64,000 bases of DNA from contig OY771587.1 of assembly GCA_963674825.1 (NCBI GenBank), positions 3,136,001 through 3,200,000 of the forward strand. Direction: 5' to 3'. The translations under genes and the position numbers were made by a program. Below, one piece after another: positions 45,699 through 53,673 of the stretch (positions within the stretch are counted from its first letter, which is position 1; each line of letters starts with the position of its first letter). The notes beneath the pieces are model-generated. The model saw nothing but the letters and a program-made list of their open reading frames with translations, was not told the DNA's origin and did no database searches. The DNA comes from Candidatus Cloacimonadales bacterium (GTDB taxonomy: Bacteria; Cloacimonadota; Cloacimonadia; Cloacimonadales; JAIOQZ01).

Positions 45699-47249
45699 CT
45701 ATTTGCTTCTAAGCCAGAACCATAGCATCAGACCAGCCAGTATCAGAATGCCAGCACCGGTGATGCTCAGGAAGATGACATTCTTCTTGTGCGATTCCCG
45801 GTCCATCCGCGCTTGTTCCTCTATCAGAGCCTTCTCGACATTGCACTCCTTCAATTCCTCTTCCAGATTCTCGACCTGTATCTTCAGCTGATGAACCTTC
45901 TTTTCGCGGTCGTCCCACTGCTCGACAAGCTGCTCTTTCTGTTGGCGCTGGTGCTCGATCTCCTGCCGGTAGTCGATTAACTCCGTCTCGTAGCGCACCT
46001 TAAGCTCTTCGATCTGCTTGCGGTTTTCGCTACGGTTTACGTGATCGAGGTAGTCGATGTATTGCTGCTGCGTCTCAAATGCCTTGCGTAGGTCGTTCTT
46101 GTCGTAGTGGAGCTGCGTAATCACTTTCAACATCTCGAGTGTAACCGCCGGATACAATCTGGTGTCAAACTCTTTGAAAAACCGGTCGATGATCTTCCCG
46201 GCGTTAGTCGCGTCGCCTTTAGAACGGTAAACGAGCACCATTCCCAGCATAGCGTCAGCCTGAAGGCGATCCAGGGAGCGCTGTTGCGCGATGGTGAGAA
46301 GATCGCTGTAGAGTGCGATTGCCTGGCTGAAGTGGAGGAGTTCACGGTGGGTTTCGGCGAGATTCTGCATAACGGACAGCATGTGTAGCGTGTCGGCCTG
46401 CGTTCGATATGATTCCTGGGATTTATTGAGGTATTCCAACGCTTGGTCGTAGTCCTTGCGATCCATCAGCACCTTGCCGATTCGGTTGAGAATATCGGCT
46501 TTCTGGGGAACGTCGTCCTGCTGGAGAATCAGCCGGTATGCGGAATAGGCGCGGTTCAGCTCGCCCGATTCATGATAGACGGCTGCGATGCGGATACGGC
46601 TGTTAACCGCCTCCAATGGCATTCCCAGCTCTTCTGAGAGGTAGTAAGCTTCTTCGAATGAGCGCACGGCTTCGTCGAAGAATTTCTGTTTGAGGTAGAG
46701 GTTGCCGAGGTTGGTGTAGATCCGGATGCGGATTCGTTTATCCTCTCCGGCAGCTTCCAGAGAACGGCGGAAGTAGTCCTCCGATTTTGGAAAATTCTCC
46801 AACTCGCGGAATATCACCCCCAGGAAATTGAGACTCAGGCATTGCCCGTAACGGTCATCCTGACGAGTGTAGATTCCAAGTGCTTCGTGGAAGTGCTCGG
46901 CGGCGTTGCGGTAGTCCTCCAGCTTAAGGTAACCGGAGCCAATGTTGAGGTGAGCCTGTGCGGCGAGCATGGTGTCGCCGGCAGCGATCGCCGATTCGAG
47001 CGCGATGTTTCCGTAGGAAACCGTAAGCGGAGCATGTGTGTCCAGTTGCATGAACGAGAGTTGGTTTGCCAGCGCTCCGCGTTGCTGCATGAGGATGGGT
47101 ATCGCCAGCGAATCACTTGCTTCACGTGCGGAGATAATCGTAACCTGCAACGAATCGAGCGCGATCTGAAGTGAATCGGCTATGGTTACCGCGTGGAGCG
47201 AGGTCACCAGAAGCATAAGGATGATCAGAACATGTGATAATCTTTGCAT
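45699..47249 (-). CDS. Exported TPR protein with coiled coil and C-terminal membrane anchor
   Basis: Signal peptide MQRLSHVLII..., TPRs, QIEELKVRYETE linker, terminal TM ending WLRSK. Confidence 0.8.
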   Translation of the reverse strand: MQRLSHVLIILMLLVTSLHAVTIADSLQIALDSLQVTIISAREASDSLAIPILMQQRGALANQLSFMQLDTHAPLTVSYGNIALESAIAAGDTMLAAQAHLNIGSGYLKLEDYRNAAEHFHEALGIYTRQDDRYGQCLSLNFLGVIFRELENFPKSEDYFRRSLEAAGEDKRIRIRIYTNLGNLYLKQKFFDEAVRSFEEAYYLSEELGMPLEAVNSRIRIAAVYHESGELNRAYSAYRLILQQDDVPQKADILNRIGKVLMDRKDYDQALEYLNKSQESYRTQADTLHMLSVMQNLAETHRELLHFSQAIALYSDLLTIAQQRSLDRLQADAMLGMVLVYRSKGDATNAGKIIDRFFKEFDTRLYPAVTLEMLKVITQLHYDKNDLRKAFETQQQYIDYLDHVNRSENRKQIEELKVRYETELIDYRQEIEHQRQQKEQLVEQWDDREKKVHQLKIQVENLEEELKECNVEKALIEEQARMDRESHKKNVIFLSITGAGILILAGLMLWFWLRSK

Positions 47250-47354
47250 CGTGCAATCCTGTATCGTTAATTCCACAAGTTTACACGTTGATGCGCACCT
47301 GTCAAGATTGTTGGAATCGGATGTCTTGGTCACGCAGGCTCCAGCTATGCATTC

Positions 47355-47534
47355 TCCCTCGATACGCGCGTCGCGCTACTCGGGATGACAAAGAGAGAGG
47401 GGCGTACGATTAACCGTGTCATGCTTGAGTTGTGAGTTTTGCGAAACACAAACTCGAATCCCACGAATACGACGCAGGAGCGTATCGAAGCACGACACGA
47501 TAGAGAAAGGGCAATCGCGGTGGATTGCCCCTAC
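47355..47534. repeat. Mosaic of REP-like palindromic elements
   Basis: Two inverted copies of a TGTCAT(C/G)C..GAGT...GCGTATCGA element, plus a second copy of agggcaatcgc.gtggattgcccctac. Confidence 0.65.
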
Positions 47535-47598
47535 AGCTATTCTGAATATTCACTTTGTAAACGTAAGCATCCCGATTATCGTGGATGTTTAGCGGAAT

Positions 47599-50139
47599 TT
47601 ACTTCATCAGCAGCATCTTTTTCACGAGCTGGTTGTCGCCGGCTTCGAGGCGATAGAAGTAAATGCCGCTGGAGACGGGCTTGCCGTGGTGATCAACGCC
47701 CTGCCATGTGACCGAGTGCGGTCCGGCATCTTGCGTTTCGTGAACCAGCGTGGCAACTTTCTGGCCACGAATGTTGTAGATTGCGAGCTTGACGTCTGTC
47801 TTACCCGGAATGCTGTAGCTGATCGTTGTTGAGGGATTGAAGGGGTTGGGGACGTTCTGGTGCAACTCGGTAAGAGCCGGTGTTGCATCGGAGCCGGTGC
47901 TTTGCACGCCGGTGGTGAAATCAAAGGAGTTCTGTGCTCTAACGCGATGGTTGTCCTCCACAAGCACGGTAATTGGCCAGCTCTGCTCCGGCTCCGTGGG
48001 TGTTCCCATCAGGATACCTTCAGGTGTCAGCTCCATGTTCTCGGGAAGGTTCGGATGTGTGTAGAAACAGGCGTAGCCGGGTTCGATCTGCATTTGACCA
48101 GAGATATCGAGCAGATCGTAGTTGACGCCGTCACCAGCGGAAATCCCGGCAACCCAACTGATCGAAGGATCTATGTCGCCGTAGTAAAACTCGATTTTTC
48201 CATCATTGTAAAGATAGGCCGTAACGTCGAGGTCGAACGTGACATTACCATAGCGTGAGGCGTGCCAGTGGATTTTCATTCGATGAGAGTCGTGATCGAC
48301 CCAGATACCATCGCCGAGTTCTTCAACAAGCAGCAAATCAGCGCCATAGGGGGTAATCACGCGGGTGTTGATGAGCGTATTTGAATTGCGAACACTGGTG
48401 GAGCCGTATTCGAAGCCGATGCTGCCGTCTGTGCCGATGTAGATGAATTCGTAATTCTCGCCAAAGAAGGGGAAGTTGAACGGTAGAATCTGCATGGTGC
48501 TCCCGTCGTCGTTGTCGTTTGGGAAGACCTGTGTTCCCTCAAAATCCGGGTATTCCGCTTCGAATGGTGTTTCATCGCATCCCATCAGCATACTCCACGT
48601 GTAGGGTGCTTCGCCGTTTTGTGCGACAAACTGGTATTCGTACGGATAGCCTGGACTTGCCTCGGGCAATTCCTGATCCGGAACTTCCACACGGTCGAAA
48701 TCGATCACCGCATTGATATAGCATTGCGTCAGGTCGTTGTTCACGATGGGCAAGGTTGTTTCATTCCATGCGTATTCAATCGGTTCGTCACCCGTTTCGT
48801 CATAGATGGAGAAGTAATCGATCGAGCCGGTAGCAGTGCCATCGGGATCACTCTCGTTAACCATCAGGAAGATACGGAACTCCTGCCCGAGTTCGATATG
48901 GCTTAGCAGCGGTGTGAAATCGAGCCCAATCTCGATGGTCTTGTCAGCTTCATTCTCACCGCCCTGCATGTATAATTCACCGCCCTGGTAGTTGAACATG
49001 GGAAATTCGATAACGAAATCGGGTTCGGCAGCATTCAGGTCGGTAGAAATTCCCGCGCTGATCTTGATCTTATTGCGGCAATCGTGCGTCATTATAACCT
49101 TTGACGTCAGCAACGGTATAAAGCTTTCACGAGCGCGCATGACGTGAACCGTGTTTTGCCAGACACCGCCGTTGGACACTTCTTCCGCCAGGAGTTTGTA
49201 CATCATGTATATCTTACCGTCGTCACCGAACGACTCTCCCCAGCTGTTGGCCACGATAAGAGCGCCGATTTCCCAGTCGCGCATATCGACAACCTCGTCG
49301 CCGTTGATATCGTAATCATTCGTGTAGAGTCCGTCACCGTTGTAGTCATAGCGGATGGAGTCGTTGTATCCGACGAAAGTCGTGGCGTGGTTCATCACGT
49401 CGCCCCACTGGATCACGCAGCGCATACCGGTCTCGGGGCTGTCGCTGTTGAGGTAAATCCACTGATAGTCGGTCATGCCGCAAGCGAAGTTTGCCAGGCC
49501 GCCGATCTCGGAGCCGTCGAGGTGGTCGTTCATCCATGCCTTTAGCGTGGCAAGGCCGAGCGAATCACCGACGAAGATGGAGGAGACTTCGAGCGTACGG
49601 TTTTCCATGCCTGTCCGGAAGCTTTCGTAGCCGCTCATCCAGCGCTGAGGTCCGCCGGTCGCATAATCGCCACCATATGTAATGACATCCGGGCATCCGC
49701 CGGCATCGATGATGCTCCAGCCATCCCAGTACCATGATCCACCGCCGCTTCCACCGTTGAGGAAATTCCATGTGTAATGAGTGGGATATTGGTTTTCGCC
49801 GGAATCCGCGCTTACCTCGCGTTCCCAGTCTATCTCGTAGGTAAAATTGTAGCCAATACCGCTTGCCTGTCCGCAGCTTCCGCCCTGCTGATTGAAGATG
49901 GGCCGGAAATAGGGGTATTGGGAGTTGTCGATTGCGGCTGGCCGGTTACGGTTTGCCTGATCTTGTGTGAGGCGTAGCTTGGGTAATGAGTCCAGATAAA
50001 GCGAGTCGCTGTGGGTGAGAGGCCGAAGTCCTCCAACGATCCACGGTTCGCCGTTGGGATCAGGATTGATATTTGTAATCTGCGAAAATGCTAACTGAAC
50101 GCATGTTAGAGCGAGAATGATGAACCATAACCTTTTCAT
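47599..50139 (-). CDS. Secreted papain-like (C1) cysteine protease with FlgD-Ig/T9SS-like C-terminal domain
   Basis: NQQGGSCGQAS (oxyanion Gln, catalytic Cys), NHATTFVGYND (His), ANSWG (Asn); NVPNPFNP...SSGIYFYRL...KKMLLMK. Confidence 0.87.
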   Translation of the reverse strand: MKRLWFIILALTCVQLAFSQITNINPDPNGEPWIVGGLRPLTHSDSLYLDSLPKLRLTQDQANRNRPAAIDNSQYPYFRPIFNQQGGSCGQASGIGYNFTYEIDWEREVSADSGENQYPTHYTWNFLNGGSGGGSWYWDGWSIIDAGGCPDVITYGGDYATGGPQRWMSGYESFRTGMENRTLEVSSIFVGDSLGLATLKAWMNDHLDGSEIGGLANFACGMTDYQWIYLNSDSPETGMRCVIQWGDVMNHATTFVGYNDSIRYDYNGDGLYTNDYDINGDEVVDMRDWEIGALIVANSWGESFGDDGKIYMMYKLLAEEVSNGGVWQNTVHVMRARESFIPLLTSKVIMTHDCRNKIKISAGISTDLNAAEPDFVIEFPMFNYQGGELYMQGGENEADKTIEIGLDFTPLLSHIELGQEFRIFLMVNESDPDGTATGSIDYFSIYDETGDEPIEYAWNETTLPIVNNDLTQCYINAVIDFDRVEVPDQELPEASPGYPYEYQFVAQNGEAPYTWSMLMGCDETPFEAEYPDFEGTQVFPNDNDDGSTMQILPFNFPFFGENYEFIYIGTDGSIGFEYGSTSVRNSNTLINTRVITPYGADLLLVEELGDGIWVDHDSHRMKIHWHASRYGNVTFDLDVTAYLYNDGKIEFYYGDIDPSISWVAGISAGDGVNYDLLDISGQMQIEPGYACFYTHPNLPENMELTPEGILMGTPTEPEQSWPITVLVEDNHRVRAQNSFDFTTGVQSTGSDATPALTELHQNVPNPFNPSTTISYSIPGKTDVKLAIYNIRGQKVATLVHETQDAGPHSVTWQGVDHHGKPVSSGIYFYRLEAGDNQLVKKMLLMK

Positions 50140-50163
50140 ATATATACCTCTATGATTAATCGA

Positions 50164-50179
50164 TGCAAGAAATGTTCCT
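50164..50179 (-). promoter_or_regulatory. Putative sigma-54 promoter of the protease gene
   Basis: Minus strand aGGAACAtttcTTGCA, GG-N10-GC. Confidence 0.6.
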
Positions 50180-50227
50180 CGAGTCTCCTTATCATTTTCT
50201 GTAATCGCAATTTATAGGTGAAAATAA

Positions 50228-50256
50228 TTGACACGCAGAACCACCACAAATACATT
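50228..50256 (+). promoter_or_regulatory. Putative sigma-70 promoter
   Basis: TTGACA-17 bp-TACATT upstream of 50276. Confidence 0.6.
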
Positions 50257-50275
50257 TTATACAGGTTGGTAATTC

Positions 50276-51265
50276 ATGAAAAGAAAAATATACATACCTG
50301 TCATTCTCGTACTTGTTGCCGGCGCGATTTTCTCCTATTTGTTCTATAGGCATCAGACGCGCTGTGCGCTTTATCCTGTACGATTCGGTTGCTCTGAGAA
50401 TCTTAATTTTCTCCCCGCACTTGCCAGTCATTCCGGCGCATTTGAAGAAAACTGCCTTCAGGTGAAGCTATCGCCATATGATACCGGGAAGCAAGCGCTT
50501 CGAGGATTGATCGATGACGATGTGGATATTTGCGTTGTAGGGCTCGGACCTTTTGCATACGAGGCGATCAAGAATGATAGTCTTCGAATAGTTGCATCTA
50601 TAGCAACATTCTACGACCTCTATACCCTGATTGCCCGGAAAGATCATGGCTTGCTGGAACCGACTGACTTGAAAAGGCATAAAATTGGCACCACATCCGG
50701 TTCGTCCATTCATTATTTTCTCGATCACTACCTTTTGGAATATCGCATTCCTGAAGATAGTGTGGAAATCATTTTCCAGCCTGCCAGCGAGTTAGTTGAG
50801 TCGTTTGTCGACGGTGATTTGGATGCTATATGCCTTCGGGATCCGTATATTGGACAGGCAGAAAAGGAACTGAATGGAAAGGTAATTCGGTTTGAGAGCG
50901 TTGATTTACCCGCCAATACGCTCAATGTTGTGACGACGGAAAGATATATAAAGCTTCACCCGGAGGTAGTGGAGAATTTTGTTCAAGCATTGGTAGATGC
51001 AGAAGATGATTACCTTACAAAATCTTCGGATTTTGGAGAATTCATTCAATCGCTAAATATGGAGAAGGCAAACGCCTGGACCGATCCGAACACACGGCTG
51101 CATGTCAGCCTGGAGCAAAACCTTATTCTCGAGCTTGAAAATGTGACCCGCTGGCTAATCAGGCACGATATGTTGAAAACACAGGTCGTACCCGATTACC
51201 GCGAATTTATCGATACAACTTTTCTAAGCCATAGCAATCCGGCTGCAGTTACAATTATTCGATAG
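50276..51265 (+). CDS. NMT1/SsuA-like substrate-binding protein
   Basis: N-terminal TM/signal, TGKQAL..LI.DDVDI, DLK.HKIGT..GSSIHYFL, GDLDAI...DPY. Confidence 0.82.
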   Translation: MKRKIYIPVILVLVAGAIFSYLFYRHQTRCALYPVRFGCSENLNFLPALASHSGAFEENCLQVKLSPYDTGKQALRGLIDDDVDICVVGLGPFAYEAIKNDSLRIVASIATFYDLYTLIARKDHGLLEPTDLKRHKIGTTSGSSIHYFLDHYLLEYRIPEDSVEIIFQPASELVESFVDGDLDAICLRDPYIGQAEKELNGKVIRFESVDLPANTLNVVTTERYIKLHPEVVENFVQALVDAEDDYLTKSSDFGEFIQSLNMEKANAWTDPNTRLHVSLEQNLILELENVTRWLIRHDMLKTQVVPDYREFIDTTFLSHSNPAAVTIIR

Positions 51266-51273
51266 GATATTCA

Positions 51274-52755
51274 ATGAAGCTGAAACATAAGCTACGATTA
51301 AACATCTATCTTACGGTACTTGTCGTGCTGATTGCTGGTACGGTGATATTCATTGGCGATCGCGAAGCGAACAGGCTCAGCAAGCTCGCTATCGAAAGCT
51401 CGAATATTGCACGGTCGGTAACAGACCTCGAGATTCTTACTCACCAATACCTCATTTATATCGAAAATGCCTCGGATGATATCTCCGAAACACGGCAGCA
51501 GGATCAGTGGCAGCAGAAATACAATTCGCTGATCCAGCAGCTCAAATCGACCACCTTCATCGATAAAGACGAAATCCGGTTATATCAGCAGATACAGATG
51601 AACATCGGCAAGCTGTATAACCATTATCGTAAGCTTCAGGCTGAGATTCTGAAACGAAACAGGCCCGACTATCAGAAAGAAATTACTCGAGATCGCATCA
51701 CCAGCATGTCGGGTCAGATTCTTGTCGTATCACAGGAACTTGTATCAAATTCGTTCATTTTGCAGAATCTTGTGGAGAAAAAGACCTTTTCTTCGCAGCA
51801 TCGAATCAACCTGATTATACTCTTTCTCAGCTTGTTTTTGGTTATATCGCTGGCAGTCATCAATCAGTTCACGGCATCCGGTGTCATTCGATCGACGGAC
51901 AGCCTGATGAACGATATCGACTATATCTCCGACGGTAACCTCGATTATCAGGTCAAGGTATGGTCGGACGACGAAATCGGTGTTCTTGCCTCGACGATCA
52001 ACCGCATGACCAACAGGCTGAACAACTTGACTACCACGCGGGATAATCTCGTGCAGGAGATAGACGAACGTGTACGGATCGAAGAAGCTTTGAAGGAATC
52101 AAACCAGACACTGGAGACTATTCTGTCCTCTTCACCCATCGGTATTGCCATGATCGACGACGGAAAAGTGCGCTGGGCCAATAGCGGAATGCTCATGATT
52201 TTCTTCTTCGAAGATGAAGGTATGCAAAATGTTCTGTTCCCGACCTTGTTCGCTACAGGCCAGGAATACGAGAAGTTATCGCGCTTGCAAAATGAGATGC
52301 TGCTGAAGAACCTACCTGTCGAAACGGATGTCCTATGCCAGCGTAAAGACGGTAGTAAATTCCCAGCGCATATCAAGATCAGCCGCATCGATAAAGACGA
52401 GACACGCGGTCGCCTGATTGTTACCATATCGGATGAATCATGGCGCAAGATGGCGGAAGCGGAACGGCTTGCGAAAGAGCGGCTTGAAGTGACGCTCGAA
52501 CTGGCAGGCGCTGTGTGCCACGAAATGAATCAACCGTTACAGTACCTTTCCAGCGTTATCGAACTGCGAACGATGAATGAAAAATCTCCGGAAGGAATCA
52601 AGACCCTCGAAAAACTCAAGAGTCAGGTTGACCGGCTTGCTGAGATTACAGACAAGCTTCAGCATATCACACATGTTGAAACACAGGACTACATCGATGG
52701 GAACAAGATCCTCGATCTGGAAAGCTCATCCGATTTTGACAATCTACATGAATAA
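51274..52755 (+). CDS. Membrane sensor: periplasmic helical domain, HAMP, PAS and HisKA/DHp without HATPase
   Basis: Two TMs; GNLDYQV...DEIGVLA..INRM; PAS (PIGI...RKDGSKFP); LAGAVCHEMNQPL; ends DYIDGNKILDLESSS. Confidence 0.85.
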   Translation: MKLKHKLRLNIYLTVLVVLIAGTVIFIGDREANRLSKLAIESSNIARSVTDLEILTHQYLIYIENASDDISETRQQDQWQQKYNSLIQQLKSTTFIDKDEIRLYQQIQMNIGKLYNHYRKLQAEILKRNRPDYQKEITRDRITSMSGQILVVSQELVSNSFILQNLVEKKTFSSQHRINLIILFLSLFLVISLAVINQFTASGVIRSTDSLMNDIDYISDGNLDYQVKVWSDDEIGVLASTINRMTNRLNNLTTTRDNLVQEIDERVRIEEALKESNQTLETILSSSPIGIAMIDDGKVRWANSGMLMIFFFEDEGMQNVLFPTLFATGQEYEKLSRLQNEMLLKNLPVETDVLCQRKDGSKFPAHIKISRIDKDETRGRLIVTISDESWRKMAEAERLAKERLEVTLELAGAVCHEMNQPLQYLSSVIELRTMNEKSPEGIKTLEKLKSQVDRLAEITDKLQHITHVETQDYIDGNKILDLESSSDFDNLHE

Positions 52756-53485
52756 AATCATTATCATCATCCTTATCATGGCGATTGCATGCAGCGTTTT
52801 CGCCAATGATACGCAACATCGACTCAATGCCGATTCGAAGGCTGTCAGCAATGCGCTTCTCGCCACAGCTGCCGGATCGATCGTACTCGTCCTCTTTCCC
52901 GGCTGGATGTTGGGCGACGAACTCTCCGACCGGTATGGCTATCAGGATTATCCCTTTGCAAAAGACGACGGCTTCAAGATTCCTCAAGGGCAATCATGGG
53001 ATTTTTACCTGTCTGCGAACGATCGTCTTGGTGATGAGGCAGGTGAGAATTTTCGTTTCAAGTTTGAATCGAGTTGGAAACGTGTTGTGCTTGAGACGGA
53101 ATATCAGCAGTTCACCTTTGTAGACGTCGAGGCGATTGGTAGTGAATTGCAGATCATGCCGTCGTTTATCTTTGCACACAACGAGTATGTTGATTTCCGC
53201 CTATGCGCGGGATATTCGCTGTATGGGATGGATACTGAAGGCTCTTCCTTGGATGTCGCATACAAGATAAGGGCGTACAGAAAGCCGATGTTCTACAAGC
53301 TGAGTGCGGAGAATTGCTTCTACTTCGACGAGGAAGACAACGATAACAACGACCAGTTCCAACGGGTGCAGGTTGCGGCGGGATATATTTACAATCGATT
53401 CGAGATCAACCTCGAATACGAATACAGGTTCATGTTTGAGGAAGTAAGTCACACCGCCCGGCTCGGTTTCGGTGTCTGGCTGTAA
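52748..53485 (+). CDS. Hypothetical exported protein, probable outer-membrane beta-barrel
   Basis: Signal peptide MNKIII..., amphipathic beta-strands, C-terminal ARLGFGVWL; start overlaps the preceding stop. Confidence 0.6.
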   Translation: MNKIIIIILIMAIACSVFANDTQHRLNADSKAVSNALLATAAGSIVLVLFPGWMLGDELSDRYGYQDYPFAKDDGFKIPQGQSWDFYLSANDRLGDEAGENFRFKFESSWKRVVLETEYQQFTFVDVEAIGSELQIMPSFIFAHNEYVDFRLCAGYSLYGMDTEGSSLDVAYKIRAYRKPMFYKLSAENCFYFDEEDNDNNDQFQRVQVAAGYIYNRFEINLEYEYRFMFEEVSHTARLGFGVWL

Positions 53486-53489
53486 TAAT

Positions 53490-53671
53490 TCTCCTTCGGA
53501 TCACCAATCTCATGCATTAAGAATAGCTTGCTGTAGCTGTTTCCTTTGGATCGCCAAGCTCAAGCAATAGGCATTTTTTACTGAAGCATTTCTTTTTGGA
53601 TCGACAAGCTCAAGCAATAGGCATTTTTTCTGAAGCAATTCTCTTTGGATCGCCAAGCTCCAGCTTGGCAT
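53490..53671. repeat. Tandem array of four ~50-bp degenerate units ending in a GCCAAGCTCCAGCTTGGC palindrome
   Basis: GGATC(G/A)(C/A)CAA(G/T)CTC cores at 53498, 53548, 53598 and 53647; periods 50/50/49. Confidence 0.8.
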
Positions 53672-53673
53672 CT

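Noticed and set aside
53490..53671. Possible CRISPR array
   Set aside because: The intervening segments are near-identical rather than unique spacers, the repeats are degenerate, and there are no cas genes.
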